From NCBI GenBank assembly GCA_963674755.2, contig CAXXVS010000002.1, forward strand, positions 1,504,001-1,568,000: a stretch of 64,000 nucleotides of DNA, read 5' to 3'. The notes beneath the pieces were generated by a model. That model had not been told where the DNA came from. It did no database searches and worked only from the letters and a program-made list of their open reading frames with translations. The DNA is from Desulfobacterales bacterium. GTDB lineage: Bacteria; Desulfobacterota; Desulfobacteria; Desulfobacterales; UBA5852. Positions 42,834-53,839 of this stretch are shown here, in pieces (position 1 is the stretch's first letter; every line of letters begins with the position of its first letter). Made by a program: the position numbers and the translations under genes.

Positions 42834-45800
42834 TTAGACCGAGGGGATTTCATCCAGGATGTCGCGCAGCAGAAAGGCCAATTCGCGTATCACCACCGGT
42901 TTCATGACAAACCCGCGGATCCCCAGGGCTTCGGCCGCCGCCTCCGTAATCCGCTCACTATAGCCGGTGCACAGGATGATCGGCAGGTCGGGGCGATTGG
43001 CCAGGATACGCCGGGCCAGCTCATCGCCTGTCATTTCCGGCATGGTCATATCGGTGATCACCAGATCGATCGCCTGCGGATCGGCTTCAAAGGCCTCCAG
43101 GGCTTCCGAACTGCGGGTAAAGGCTTGGACGCGATACCCCAAACGGCCCAGCATCTGACACCCCAGGTCGGTTTGAAACGGTTCGTCGTCCACGAAAAGA
43201 ATCCGTTCACGGCCACCGGGCATTTTCAGGGAGGCCGGCAGGATCGCGGAAGGCCGGTCCTCGATGACCGGCAGAAAAATGATGAAGCAGGCGCCCTCCC
43301 CCGGCGTGCTGTTCACCGCGATGGCCCCGCCGATGCGCTCGACAATGCCGTGAACCACGGCAAGACCCATTCCGGTGCCCCGGCCTTCGCCCTTGGTGGT
43401 GAAAAAGGGATCGAAGATTTTTTCCATGACATGGCTGGGGATGCCCTGCCCCGTATCGCAGACCGTCAGCTTGCAGAAATTGCCGGGCGTCAGCCGCGGG
43501 TAGCGCGCCGCCTCTTCGGCACCCAGGGCCGCCACCTCCAGAATGACGGTGAGGGTGCCTTCGACATTCTCCATGGCATCCCGGGCGTTGGTGCACAGGT
43601 TCATGACCAGCTGGTGGATCTGGGTGGGATCGGCCATGACCATCCCCACCGGCTCGATGATGGCATCCATTTTGATGGTGGTCGGCAACGAAGCCCTCAG
43701 CAATTTAAGGGCCTCCTTGATAATAGGCTGGAGCTGGATGGGTCTGGGATCCATTTGCGCCTGCCGGCTGAAGGTCAGGATCTGCTTGACCAGATCCCGT
43801 GCCCGGCCGCCGGCCTGCAGCACTTTCTCGAGGTTTGCGGTTAGCCCGGATTCCGGAGGAACATCCATCAGGCTCATCTCGGTAAAGCCGATGATGGCCG
43901 ACAGGATGTTGTTGAAGTCGTGGGCAATGCCGCCCGCCAGGGTGCCGATGGCCTCCATTTTCTGCGTTTGCAGCAGCCGAAACTCGAGTTCCTGCTTGGC
44001 TTCCTCCGTTTTCATGCGCTCGGAAATATCAATGGCCACACCGCCCAGATAGGTGGGTTCCCCCTCACGGTAGAGAGGGAACTTGGATACCTGCCAGTAT
44101 TGCGTCTCACCACGATGCTCGGTGGTTTCGACGAAATTGGAAATGCGGCGTTCGTTCAGCACCCGCCGGTCGTTGGCCATCAATGCCCGCCCAACCTCCT
44201 CGGGCCAGAGATCCAGATCGGTCTTGCCCAGGCGATGGCCCTGGGGTTCGTCAAATTGCGTGCTGTAGAACGGATTCGTGTAGATATAGCGGCCTTCGCG
44301 ATCCTTGATAAACGCCAGGGCCGGAAGGTGCGTCATGAACGAATCGAACAGGGCGCGGCTTTGCCGCAGGGCCATCTCGGCCTCTTTCTGGTCGGTGATG
44401 TCCCGTCCGACGCCGATGATGGCCGTCACCTGACCGGCCTCACCCAACAGGGCCGTGTCCGACCATGCCAGCCAGCGCCATCCCTCTTTGGTACGTGCCC
44501 GCTGTTCCACAATAGCGGTATGCGGCGGGTGCGACAGCGCTTCCATGGCCTGAGCCGTGCTTTCCCGGTCATCTTCGTGCACCAGGGGCATGAACGTCCT
44601 ACCGAGCAGCTCGTCTTCGGTTTTGCCGAACATCCGGCAATAGGACGGACTTACAAAAAGAAAACGGCCTTCCAGATCCACCTTGACCACCAAATCGGTC
44701 TGGTTTTCCACCAGCAGCCGATAGCTGGCTTCCCTGGCCTGCAGACGATGGTGATTGCGGGCACTGGTAACCCCCAGCGCAATCTGGGATGCCACGCCTG
44801 AAATAAGATTGATGTCGCTGAAGGAAGTGCGTTCGGTGGCGGTGTCTTTATACATGAACAGCAGGCCGATGGTCCGATCTTCATACTGCAGGGGAACCGC
44901 TACCAGGGAGTGCACACCCAGGGCTTTCCAATAGGCGCTGCCACCCGGAAACTGACGGCGGATTTCGTCGGCATCATCGATTACCGTGGCGGCGCCCCGC
45001 CGGCAGACGGTTGCCAGGAGGCCCCCGAAGCCGTCTCTCGAAGGGTCGAGGGGCACCTCACGAATTTTTTCCATAAGCGCCGGAGGAATTCCAAACCCTC
45101 GTCCCACAAGGTGTTCCGGCTGGTCTTCCGCCATCAGCCACAGCATTCCCCCTTTATAGCTCAGCCGTTTTTGTAAAAGCGCCACCGCAGCCGATACGAA
45201 TTGTTCCGGGGTCTGCAGGGCCGAGGCGGCTTTGCCGATTTCCTGGATCAGAAACGCTCCGCTGTAACGGTATTTGATTTCCTGAATATCGCGGTCCGCC
45301 GTTTCGCCCGCGTGCGTGATCTTGTGTTTGAGTTCCCGGTTTTCCAGCAACACGGCCATCGTTCCGCCCGAACCCAGCGCCACAATCCAACCCGCCAATT
45401 CGATCAACCAGCCCCGGAGGGGCATGAAAGCCGCCGAACCGGCGAGGAGGGCAAAGGCGCCCAGAGCGCCGTAGCGCAATCCACGCTTCCAACGGTTGGA
45501 GGGCAGTGCCTGCCATGAAATCATATACTCGCAACTTTGACCGCCTCGGTGCATGCAGGCGGGGTGCTCGACCTGTGCATATTGACCGGTGAAAAGCTTG
45601 GCCAGGGCCTCCAGCATCCCGACCCGGTTATCGCACTGAAAGGACTGCTCTCGCACACCCGGCCGGGGCGTGACTTTGAGGGCAATCCGGGTGCCGGAAA
45701 CGGGCCGCGCCACATAATCCGTTGCCCTGGTCCACTCCGAAGCCACTTTGGCCACGCCGCGATACGCCATCAAGGGGGTTACGAACCCCAGGACATAGCG

Positions 45801-46067
45801 TGTCAGTATGCCGGCCGTCCGGGAAGCCTGGGAAAAGCGCCCCACTTCACGGGCCAGCCCGGGATCGCGAACCACCTGCTGCAGAGACTGGTGAAACGCA
45901 TCGATCTGCGCCTGGTTGAACCAGTGTCCCGGGTCTTCGACTTCCGCACGCCCGATATCGGCGGCTGACAAAAGGTCGTCCAGTGAAATGTCCGGATAAT
46001 GTCTTTCCAGATACTCCAGATAATTCTTTACCAAGCGGCTATTGTAGAGGGGAGGCGCATCCGTCAT
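42834..46067 (-). CDS. Hybrid histidine kinase: V4R/H-NOX-like, TM, GAF, 2 PAS, HisKA, HATPase, REC
   Basis: [30 protein letters not shown]-terminal C..H..C..C motif. Confidence 0.93.
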   Translation of the reverse strand: MTDAPPLYNSRLVKNYLEYLERHYPDISLDDLLSAADIGRAEVEDPGHWFNQAQIDAFHQSLQQVVRDPGLAREVGRFSQASRTAGILTRYVLGFVTPLMAYRGVAKVASEWTRATDYVARPVSGTRIALKVTPRPGVREQSFQCDNRVGMLEALAKLFTGQYAQVEHPACMHRGGQSCEYMISWQALPSNRWKRGLRYGALGAFALLAGSAAFMPLRGWLIELAGWIVALGSGGTMAVLLENRELKHKITHAGETADRDIQEIKYRYSGAFLIQEIGKAASALQTPEQFVSAAVALLQKRLSYKGGMLWLMAEDQPEHLVGRGFGIPPALMEKIREVPLDPSRDGFGGLLATVCRRGAATVIDDADEIRRQFPGGSAYWKALGVHSLVAVPLQYEDRTIGLLFMYKDTATERTSFSDINLISGVASQIALGVTSARNHHRLQAREASYRLLVENQTDLVVKVDLEGRFLFVSPSYCRMFGKTEDELLGRTFMPLVHEDDRESTAQAMEALSHPPHTAIVEQRARTKEGWRWLAWSDTALLGEAGQVTAIIGVGRDITDQKEAEMALRQSRALFDSFMTHLPALAFIKDREGRYIYTNPFYSTQFDEPQGHRLGKTDLDLWPEEVGRALMANDRRVLNERRISNFVETTEHRGETQYWQVSKFPLYREGEPTYLGGVAIDISERMKTEEAKQELEFRLLQTQKMEAIGTLAGGIAHDFNNILSAIIGFTEMSLMDVPPESGLTANLEKVLQAGGRARDLVKQILTFSRQAQMDPRPIQLQPIIKEALKLLRASLPTTIKMDAIIEPVGMVMADPTQIHQLVMNLCTNARDAMENVEGTLTVILEVAALGAEEAARYPRLTPGNFCKLTVCDTGQGIPSHVMEKIFDPFFTTKGEGRGTGMGLAVVHGIVERIGGAIAVNSTPGEGACFIIFLPVIEDRPSAILPASLKMPGGRERILFVDDEPFQTDLGCQMLGRLGYRVQAFTRSSEALEAFEADPQAIDLVITDMTMPEMTGDELARRILANRPDLPIILCTGYSERITEAAAEALGIRGFVMKPVVIRELAFLLRDILDEIPSV

Positions 46068-46209
46068 GTCACATTGCCTGGAAATGGTTTAGATCACTCT
46101 AAGTAAAAGGTATCCGAGAATCATGTCAATCGTTTCTAATCGACGCATGCGGATAAGGATGCGGGGTTACGTCATTGGGCCGCTATCAGCGAAGGCAGGA
46201 TGAGCCATG

Positions 46210-46563
46210 TCAGGCCAGCGCATCGAGCAGGGTACCGAGCATTTCATCGCGGGACCGGATGGTTTTCAAGTTGGCCTTGTACCCGATCTCGCTCGGTATC
46301 ATACCGGTCAGTTCATCGGCCAGATCGACGTTGGAAAGTTCCCTTTCCACCCCGGGGGTATCAGGCGCCAGGGGGTCCTCCGGCGCCGACGACATGTCTT
46401 TGGACAAACTGACCCGCACATCCCCGGCCGGCCCTTCCTGCAAAACCGCCCGGTCCCGTTTGAAGCCATTGGTGTTCACGTTGGCGATGTTGTTGGCCGT
46501 GACGCTCATTTTGCGCTCATGCGCCTGGAGGGAGGAGACCGTGCTGCTTAAACCGTCGACCAT
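46210..46563 (-). CDS. Short flagellar basal-body rod (FlgC-like) protein
   Basis: ANNIANVNTNGFK N-terminal motif and SNVDLADE..YKANLKTI..DEM C-terminal motif. Confidence 0.85.
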   Translation of the reverse strand: MVDGLSSTVSSLQAHERKMSVTANNIANVNTNGFKRDRAVLQEGPAGDVRVSLSKDMSSAPEDPLAPDTPGVERELSNVDLADELTGMIPSEIGYKANLKTIRSRDEMLGTLLDALA

Positions 46564-46691
46564 CGCGAAAGCTCCTTCGGTTCACTGTGATTCCGTCCGG
46601 GAAGGCCTGTTAAGATGGCGGAACCGTTTGAAAAGGTCCATCACCGTTCCCCGGGACGCGCCGCTACGAAACGGCAAGTCCGTCATTCCCG

Positions 46692-46718
46692 TTATCGGAT
46701 TCCGGATATAAAACTTGA
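46692..46718 (-). promoter_or_regulatory. Sigma28 (FliA)-type promoter
   Basis: TCAAGTTT-N11-TCCGATAA on the minus strand (consensus TAAAGTTT-N11-GCCGATAA), upstream of the flgC-like gene. Confidence 0.7.
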
Positions 46719-47002
46719 GCTTTTTTCGTCATTTTCCAGCCATACGGCCCCCGCAGCGGAAATCGCAGGATGCGGAAGGGGTCTCATGCGGGCAACGTTC
46801 GGAAATGGTCAGGATGCCTCACAGCGCTTCGCGCCAGGGCCGGGGGCCTCGCTATCTTGCGGAATGCCTGTCGATTTTGCGCTAACCCCTTGAAGGGTCT
46901 CAAGTAATTCACGATCCAGCCGATAATGTCTCTGATGTCCACACATGCTGAAAGGCATCATGGGCATCGACCTTACTATTTCGCCACCCTTAACCATTAA
47001 CC

Positions 47003-48799
47003 GTGTTGGATCAAATGCGTAAGAATATGGCATTATCCATTTCCCCAGATGATGATTCACAGCCGATGACGTGTCTCGACAATATCCAACCCCATCGGAT
47101 TCAGGCAACCTATCGCAGCGTTTTCGAAAATACGGGTACGGCCACCATCATCGTTGAAAAGGATATGACCATCGTCAAGGCCAATGCCAAATTCGAGCAA
47201 CTTTCCGGCTATGCCCGGGCGGAGATCGAGGGGCGGCTGAGTTGGCCGGAATTCGTCCATCCGGACTATGTCGCAATGATGAAGGGATTTCATCTGGCTC
47301 GCCGTTCCGGCGAGGGCCAGCCGCCCACTGAATATGAGTGCCGGGTCGTGACACGCGGGGGGCAGGTCCGTGACATCCAGATGAAAGTCGGCATGATTCC
47401 CGGCACCGGCCAGAGTATTCTTTCGTTGATGGATATCACCGCCCTCCGGGAAGCCGAGCAGACCGCTATCCACCACATGAACGAAACCCGGGAAATCGTC
47501 GATCTGATCGACGGCTATGTCTACACCTGTTCCGAGGATTACCGCATCGAATTCATGAACCGGCGTCTGATCGAACACATCGGTTGGGACGGAACGGGCC
47601 ATCACTGTTTCAAGGTGCTGCACGAACTCGAGAAACCGTGCCCCTTTTGCGTCAACAAGCGTGTCTTTCAGGGGGAGGCCGTTCGCTGGGAAATGCAGAA
47701 CCCGAAGGACCAGCGCTGGTATTATTCCATGAATACGCCGGTATTCAAGGATGGCCAGGTGGTGCGCAAGCAATCGGTGATCATCGACATCACCGACCGC
47801 AAACTGGCCGAAGAAAAGCTTCAAAAAGAACACGCGATTTTAAAGCACACGATGCAGAACCGGCAACGATTCGGCCGTATCGTCGGCAAGTGCCCGAGAA
47901 TGCAGGAAGTCTACCAGAACATCCTCCAGGCGGCCGCAACGGACTCGCCGGTGATCGTCTACGGTGAATCCGGCACGGGCAAGGAGCTCGTGGCCCGCGC
48001 CATCCACGAAATGAGCGCACGGCGGGCAAAGCCCTTCATCACCGTCAACTGCGGCGCCATTCCGTCCAATCTTCTGGAAAGTGAATTTTTCGGCCATGTG
48101 CCGGGAGCCTTTACCGGAGCCGATCGCATCAAAAAGGGCCATCTGGAGGTGGCTGACCGGGGCAGCCTCTTTCTGGATGAAATCGGCGAGATCGAATTGA
48201 TGCTGCAGCCCAAGCTGCTGCGGGCCATCGAAGGCGGGGGCTACATGCCCGTCGGTGCGGAAACCCTCAAACACCCGGATGTCCGCATTATCGCCGCCAC
48301 CAACCGCGACCTCCAAAAACTGGTTTCCGAGGGACGCATGCGTTCCGATTTCTACTACCGGGTCCACGTGATACCGATCTATCTCCCGCCCCTGCGGGAG
48401 CGCACCGGCGACCTGCCCCTGCTGATCGACCATATCATGGCCGAAATCGATCCCCACCGCACCCGGCCCATCAGTTCCGACGTAATGACTCGTCTGTTGG
48501 ACTATCACTGGCCCGGCAATGTGCGCGAACTGCAGAACGCGTTGCGGCAATATGTTGCCCTGGGCCATCTCGCGCTGGCAGCGGTCGCCCCACCCCGCAC
48601 GACATCCCCCCCTACCGTTTCCGAAACGCTTTCATCTGACCGGGAAAATGATCTCCAGGACATGATTCAGGCCTATGAGAAAAAAATCATCTCCCTGGCC
48701 TTGCAGCGTAATCGCTGGCATCGCACCAAGGCGGCCGAAAGCCTGGGCATCAACCGCCGGACGCTTTTCAAAAAAATGAAGCAGCACGCCCTCGACTGA
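47003..48799 (+). CDS. PAS-containing sigma54-dependent activator
   Basis: Two PAS domains, GESGTGKE, GAFTGA, WPGNVREL, Fis-type HTH; exact start uncertain. Confidence 0.93.
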   Translation: MLDQMRKNMALSISPDDDSQPMTCLDNIQPHRIQATYRSVFENTGTATIIVEKDMTIVKANAKFEQLSGYARAEIEGRLSWPEFVHPDYVAMMKGFHLARRSGEGQPPTEYECRVVTRGGQVRDIQMKVGMIPGTGQSILSLMDITALREAEQTAIHHMNETREIVDLIDGYVYTCSEDYRIEFMNRRLIEHIGWDGTGHHCFKVLHELEKPCPFCVNKRVFQGEAVRWEMQNPKDQRWYYSMNTPVFKDGQVVRKQSVIIDITDRKLAEEKLQKEHAILKHTMQNRQRFGRIVGKCPRMQEVYQNILQAAATDSPVIVYGESGTGKELVARAIHEMSARRAKPFITVNCGAIPSNLLESEFFGHVPGAFTGADRIKKGHLEVADRGSLFLDEIGEIELMLQPKLLRAIEGGGYMPVGAETLKHPDVRIIAATNRDLQKLVSEGRMRSDFYYRVHVIPIYLPPLRERTGDLPLLIDHIMAEIDPHRTRPISSDVMTRLLDYHWPGNVRELQNALRQYVALGHLALAAVAPPRTTSPPTVSETLSSDRENDLQDMIQAYEKKIISLALQRNRWHRTKAAESLGINRRTLFKKMKQHALD

Positions 48800-48808
48800 C
48801 CTCCTTTC

Positions 48809-48893
48809 GGGAACGATCGTTCCCATTCTACTTTTCCCCTTTTATTTCAATCAGATATACTATGGTCTCTTCAAATCGGGAACGATCGTTCTC
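48809..48893. promoter_or_regulatory. Paired palindromic upstream activator sites
   Basis: GGGAACGATCGTTCCC (48809-48824, perfect palindrome) and GGGAACGATCGTTCTC (48878-48893). Confidence 0.75.
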
Positions 48894-48943
48894 ATCCATT
48901 TCACACCATACCGGCACTTTCGCAAGGTATATTATTCTATATT

Positions 48944-48956
48944 TATCAGTAGGTTA
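48944..48956 (+). promoter_or_regulatory. IHF site
   Basis: TATCAGTAGGTTA matches WATCARNNNNTTR, between the UAS pair and the sigma54 box. Confidence 0.6.
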
Positions 48957-48984
48957 AAATTTTTTCCGTTCGTGCCGAGAGCGT

Positions 48985-49000
48985 TGGCATTGTCATTGCT
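48985..49000 (+). promoter_or_regulatory. Sigma54 -24/-12 promoter
   Basis: TGGCATTGTCATTGCT (GG-N10-GC). Confidence 0.85.
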
Positions 49001-49050
49001 TTAAACCCTGGCGAGTCTCAACAGAAATCGCACCAAGGGAGAATAGGCAC

Positions 49051-49413
49051 GTGAATGTTTTGATTGCGGAAAACGAGTTTACAACCGCCGACGCCATCCA
49101 GCAGACGGTGGAAAACATGGGCCACCGGACCGCTTGGGTCTGCACCGGTCAGGAAACCCTGCACAGTCTGGCCAGCCAGCCCTGCCAGCTGCTGATCCTG
49201 AGCGCCCAGCTGCGGGACGCGGATATCATCGAGCTGCTGCCCGACCTGCGCAAGCGCTATCCCGATATCCCGGTGGTGGCCCTGACCTCCCGTAACAGTC
49301 TGGCCCTCGAACAACAGGTACGGCAGCTGGGGGTCATCTGTTATCTTATCAAACCCCTGGATATCGATGAGCTAGGGTCCATCGTCTCGCACGTTTCCCA
49401 TAAACAGGCATAG
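49051..49413 (+). CDS. Atypical stand-alone receiver domain
   Basis: REC fold (VLIAE, PVVALT, YLIKPLD) but LLILSAQL has Ser at the phospho-acceptor Asp position. Confidence 0.8.
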   Translation: MNVLIAENEFTTADAIQQTVENMGHRTAWVCTGQETLHSLASQPCQLLILSAQLRDADIIELLPDLRKRYPDIPVVALTSRNSLALEQQVRQLGVICYLIKPLDIDELGSIVSHVSHKQA

Positions 49414-49434
49414 GCAACATTTAAGGAGAACACC

Positions 49435-51324
49435 ATGAAAAAAAGAACACTCGGTTTTAAACTGGTTGCCGGCGGGATCGCCGCTGTCTTGATCCCCCTG
49501 CTCGTGGTCGGTCTGTTTGCCGTCGACAAGGCGGAAAATGCCATTACGGAAGCCTCCCAGAGCCAGGCCCTGAACATCGCCACCGATTTGGCGGAGTCCG
49601 TCAACCTGGTCCTGGCAGAGCAAATCAATAAAGTCGAAAGCCTGGCCGCGATCGACGCCTTTCGCCAAGCGGCTGAAGCACCAAGTTTGACCCCGGCGGA
49701 AGAAGACATCCTCAATCACCAGATCCATGCTGTGCTGAAAGGGATGGGCGACAATTATCAGGGCATCTTTCTGGGACGCAACGACGGCATCCTGTTCGCC
49801 GGCACCCTGGCCAACGGCACGGCCTCCTATAAGGGAATCGATGTCAACGACCGCGACTACTTCAAACAGGCCGGCAGCGGCGGCAAGGCCGTATTGAGCG
49901 ATGCGCTGCGGTCGAAGATCGACCAGAAACCGGTCATTTTTGCGGTTTCCCCCCTCCGTTCAAACGACGGGCGTCAGGTCGGCATCATCGGCCTCACCCT
50001 CAAGATCGATTTCCTGATCGACACCGTCTCCCGCAAAAAAATCGGGACCACGGGCTATGCCTTCATGGCCAACCGCAACGGCATCGTCGTGGCGCATCCC
50101 AAGTCGGAATATGTCCTGGAGCTGGATTTCAAAACCCTGGAGGGTATGGAAGACATTACCCGTCAGATGATGGCCGGCGAAACGGGCGTAGATCCGTATA
50201 CCTTCGAGGGCGTCGATAAAATCGCCGGCTTTGCCCCGGTACCCCTCACCGGCTGGAGCGTGGCCGCCACCCAGAATACCGATGAATTCATGAGTGCCTC
50301 CCGCTCCATCCGCAACGTGATCCTGATCGTGGCGTTCGGCTTCCTCACCCTCACCGTCCTCGGCGTGCTGTGGTTTGCCCGCTCCATCACCTTGCCCATC
50401 AACCGGGTGGTGACCTTGATGAACGCCGGGGCCGAGGAAGTGGCCTCGGCCTCCGGTCAGGTCTCGTCCGCCAGCCAGTCCCTGGCCGAGGGATCCTCCG
50501 AGCAGGCGGCCGCCATCGAAGAAACCTCTTCTTCGCTGGAAGAAATGGCCTCCATGACCCGTCAGAATGCGGACAACGCCAACCAGGCCGACCAGCTGAT
50601 GAAGGATGCCAACCAGATTATCGATGAAGCCAACCAGTCCATGAATCAGATGACGCACTCCATGGCTGAGATCACGCAAACCAGCGAGGAAACCCAGAAA
50701 ATTGTCAAAACCATCGATGAGATCGCCTTCCAGACCAATCTGCTGGCCTTGAATGCGGCCGTGGAAGCCGCCCGGGCCGGTGAGGCCGGGGCCGGATTTG
50801 CCGTGGTGGCCGATGAGGTCCGCAACCTTGCCATCCGCGCCGCGGAAGCTGCCAAGAACACCTCCACCCTGATCGAAGATTCGGTCAAACGCATCAAGGA
50901 GGGCTCCAGCCTGGTGGAAACCACCAACAGCGCTTTTGACAAGGTGGCCCAGAGCTCAAGCAAGGTGGCCGATCTCGTGTCGGAAATCAGCGCCGCTTCC
51001 AGCGAACAGGCCCAGGGCATCGAGCAGGTCAACAAGGCCGTCTCCGAGATGGATCAGGTGGTTCAGCAGAACGCTGCCAATGCCGAGGAATCCGCTTCGG
51101 CTTCAGAGGAAATGAACGCCCAGGCCGAGCAGATGAAAGCCGTCGTTCTGGAACTGGTGGCCATCGTGGGGGGATCGGACAAACAGGCGCCTACAGGCCA
51201 TGCGCACCGCGGCACGGCCAAAGCAACGGTAAAACCGGTCAAGAAGCCCAAACGGCCGGCCATGGCGGCCCATGCCCCCCAGGACATCATCCCGTTTGAA
51301 GACGATCAGTTTTCCGAGTTTTAA
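49435..51324 (+). CDS. Methyl-accepting chemotaxis protein with dCache domain
   Basis: [38 protein letters not shown], two TM helices. Confidence 0.96.
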   Translation: MKKRTLGFKLVAGGIAAVLIPLLVVGLFAVDKAENAITEASQSQALNIATDLAESVNLVLAEQINKVESLAAIDAFRQAAEAPSLTPAEEDILNHQIHAVLKGMGDNYQGIFLGRNDGILFAGTLANGTASYKGIDVNDRDYFKQAGSGGKAVLSDALRSKIDQKPVIFAVSPLRSNDGRQVGIIGLTLKIDFLIDTVSRKKIGTTGYAFMANRNGIVVAHPKSEYVLELDFKTLEGMEDITRQMMAGETGVDPYTFEGVDKIAGFAPVPLTGWSVAATQNTDEFMSASRSIRNVILIVAFGFLTLTVLGVLWFARSITLPINRVVTLMNAGAEEVASASGQVSSASQSLAEGSSEQAAAIEETSSSLEEMASMTRQNADNANQADQLMKDANQIIDEANQSMNQMTHSMAEITQTSEETQKIVKTIDEIAFQTNLLALNAAVEAARAGEAGAGFAVVADEVRNLAIRAAEAAKNTSTLIEDSVKRIKEGSSLVETTNSAFDKVAQSSSKVADLVSEISAASSEQAQGIEQVNKAVSEMDQVVQQNAANAEESASASEEMNAQAEQMKAVVLELVAIVGGSDKQAPTGHAHRGTAKATVKPVKKPKRPAMAAHAPQDIIPFEDDQFSEF

Positions 51325-51349
51325 GGTGAATCTGTAGAAAGGAGCTCCC

Positions 51350-51823
51350 ATGAAGAACGATCTGGCCGGCAAATATCTGACCTTCCGTCTGGCGGAGGAG
51401 GACTATGGCATTCCCCTGCTGCAGGTCAAGGAGATCATCGGCATGATGCCCGTCACGGCCGTGCCCCGCACGCCCGATTATGTCAAAGGCGTCATCAACC
51501 TGCGGGGCAAGGTGATCCCGGTAAGCGATCTGCGGCTGCGGTTCGGGATGGAGGCCGTTCCCTACAACGACCGCACCTGCATCATCGTGGTGGACATCCA
51601 GGGCATCGAGCAGGCCACCCGCATGGGGGTCATCGTGGATGCCGTATCCGAAGTCCTCAACGTCCGGGAGGAGGAAATCGAACCGGCACCGTCTTTCGGC
51701 GAGCATGTCGAGACCCGCTACATCCTGGGCATGGCCAACATGGACGAGCAGGTCAAGATTCTCCTGGACATCGATCGGGTCTTTGATCCGGAAGACATCG
51801 CCCAGCTGGAAATGGCCGCCTGA
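51350..51823 (+). CDS. cheW: Chemotaxis coupling protein
   Basis: YLTF.L..E.YGI, VPRTPDYVKGVINLRGKVIP, GVIVDAVSEV. Confidence 0.95.
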   Translation: MKNDLAGKYLTFRLAEEDYGIPLLQVKEIIGMMPVTAVPRTPDYVKGVINLRGKVIPVSDLRLRFGMEAVPYNDRTCIIVVDIQGIEQATRMGVIVDAVSEVLNVREEEIEPAPSFGEHVETRYILGMANMDEQVKILLDIDRVFDPEDIAQLEMAA

Positions 51824-52037
51824 AAGAGGGGCGCTCGAAGCCCCGCTGAAAGCTCATACCACCGGGAGGGATTCAACGGTATCGGATCCCTCCCGGATCG
51901 GTTTCCTGGGGGCGAATCCCCTCCCCTTTCATTATCCTACACGCGTGGTTCGGTCACAGGCCCGCGGCCTGCTAAAGCGGGGCGGCTCTGCGGTGGTTTG
52001 CGTTTCAGCGGCCGGACCGGCCGCCTGGTCAACGCGT

Positions 52038-52226
52038 TCAATTGGTATCTTTGGCAAGACCGCTGAAGGGGGCGATGCCGTCGAAAAGGCCGGCCGGACC
52101 TTGAAGGGGTTTCACGCCGGAGGCGTTGCATCGCGGGCATACCGCCGGCAGCGGCGTTTCACCGCGGAGCGTCACGCGCTTGAAACTGTGACCGCAGCAG
52201 GGGCAGCTATAGTCGATCGTCGGCAT
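52038..52226 (-). CDS. FmdB-like zinc-ribbon protein
   Basis: MP..DY.CPCCGH.F ... CPRC. Confidence 0.75.
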   Translation of the reverse strand: MPTIDYSCPCCGHSFKRVTLRGETPLPAVCPRCNASGVKPLQGPAGLFDGIAPFSGLAKDTN

Positions 52227-52342
52227 GCTGTTCCTCTATCGGAGATCCGCTTCACCGTCAACCGAGGGATCCGACGCCCTGTCCGCCAGACGGACCTACC
52301 CACTCCCCGTAACGGCCGGCAACCACACCCACGCACCTCCGC

Positions 52343-52741
52343 TCAGGCAGGGGTTTTGCTCCCGCTTTGTCCCATCAGAGCGGTCAGGGAAAGGCCCAGA
52401 CTGGGCAATCTCTCCACCGCCGTGCGAAAATCCTCCCGGGAGGGGACCGGACAGGCCAGCCAGTCGAATAGGAAGGTTTCGGCCTGGGCCTGGGGCAGGT
52501 TGTCCGCGGCGATGAATCCCGCCCCGGGCAGGCCCGTGCGGGCACTGACCACGAGGCTGGTGAGCGGGGGCAGGCCTTTGAGGATGCAATGGGACTGGAT
52601 CGGTTCTAGCAGCGGCCCCAGGTCGGAGGCCGGCACGCCGATCAGGCGTCCCAGGAGATCGTAAGTCAAAACCTGCCTGTTATGGGCGGCCAGCACCAGC
52701 AAAGGCCAGATACCTGTGCTCTGATCAAATCGGGATATCAT
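52343..52741 (-). CDS. Hypothetical protein (possible winged-helix)
   Basis: IWPLLVLAA.NRQVLTY..L, LPPLTSLVVS..TGLPG.GF; AGGAG RBS. Confidence 0.7.
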   Translation of the reverse strand: MISRFDQSTGIWPLLVLAAHNRQVLTYDLLGRLIGVPASDLGPLLEPIQSHCILKGLPPLTSLVVSARTGLPGAGFIAADNLPQAQAETFLFDWLACPVPSREDFRTAVERLPSLGLSLTALMGQSGSKTPA

Positions 52742-52765
52742 AGGCTCCTCGCCATAAAAACCGGT

Positions 52766-53839
52766 CTAATGGCCGGTTCTGATTTTGACCTTACCGTCCC
52801 CGTAATCCAGAACGATCCCGTCCGCGGTGATGCGCTCCAGCAAATAGCCCTCGGATCCGATACGGTCACCGGCACGATAGCGCCGGGAGTTGATATAGAC
52901 GACAGACGCCGCCGGCCTTGCGTCATAAACCAGCACGCTGATTTTAAGGCGTTTAAATTTTTCACGAAGATCCGGGGACAATTCCTGCAGCAGGGGAATC
53001 CCCTGGTCGGCGTCCTGGGACACAGCCGGCAATGGCCGGGCCGCGGCCGGTTTTTGGGCGGGCGCAGCGGTTCGGGGGATGTGCGCGCCGACCGCGTCCG
53101 GGGCCGTCTCAAGGTGGGAAGGCGATGCCGATGCCAGCGCCGCGTTTTTCTCCGGTACCGGCATCGGGGCGGAAGTTGCCGAAGCGGTCGGGGATGACGG
53201 CGCTGCACGGGGCGCCTGCGAACCAAGCGTTTCGCTTGGGAGTTCCTCCGTTGTCAGCGCCCCGGCGGCTGCCGGCGCGTCCCTTTCCGGGACGACGGCG
53301 GCCGGAGAAGTCCGGGGTGTGCGGGGCGTCCGATCCGGGGCGGCCGTTTCTCCCACTTGGCCGCCGGGAATGCGGCCTGTCCCGCCGGCCGACACGGCCA
53401 CCGGCGGGCCGAAACGCACCGCCGTTGAGCGTGATTGTTCTTCGATCGGCGCAGTTGTCTGCGTTTGCACCTCGACCGCAGGAGGCTCTGCGAGGGAGGA
53501 CGACGGGAATGGCGGCGCCTGGGGTTCCACGGCAGGGGCTTTTGGGGCAGCGCTTGGCATGGCAGGCGGGTGGGGCGCCGCAGTTGCTGCCGTTGCCTGG
53601 CGGTCCGGCCTGTCGGGGAGTGGAACCTTGTCAGGTACGCTCCGTGTGTGCAGCACGATACCCAAAACAAGGGCCAGGGCCGCCAGATTGGCCAGCAACA
53701 CGCCCACCAGCCAGGTTTGGCTTGTCTTGCGCGGCCTGGCCGGCGGAGCGTTTTCCTCGTAGAGGGCGTACAAGGCCGGCTTTTCGCCCAGCCGGCGCTC
53801 GCGTTCGGCCCTTTTCAGCGAATCAAGGATGAATGACAT
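52766..53839 (-). CDS. gspB: General secretion pathway protein B-like
   Basis: MSFILDSLKRAERER, TM helix, Pro/Ala linker, C-terminal VYINSRRYRAGD..ERIT.DGIVL. Confidence 0.85.
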   Translation of the reverse strand: MSFILDSLKRAERERRLGEKPALYALYEENAPPARPRKTSQTWLVGVLLANLAALALVLGIVLHTRSVPDKVPLPDRPDRQATAATAAPHPPAMPSAAPKAPAVEPQAPPFPSSSLAEPPAVEVQTQTTAPIEEQSRSTAVRFGPPVAVSAGGTGRIPGGQVGETAAPDRTPRTPRTSPAAVVPERDAPAAAGALTTEELPSETLGSQAPRAAPSSPTASATSAPMPVPEKNAALASASPSHLETAPDAVGAHIPRTAAPAQKPAAARPLPAVSQDADQGIPLLQELSPDLREKFKRLKISVLVYDARPAASVVYINSRRYRAGDRIGSEGYLLERITADGIVLDYGDGKVKIRTGH

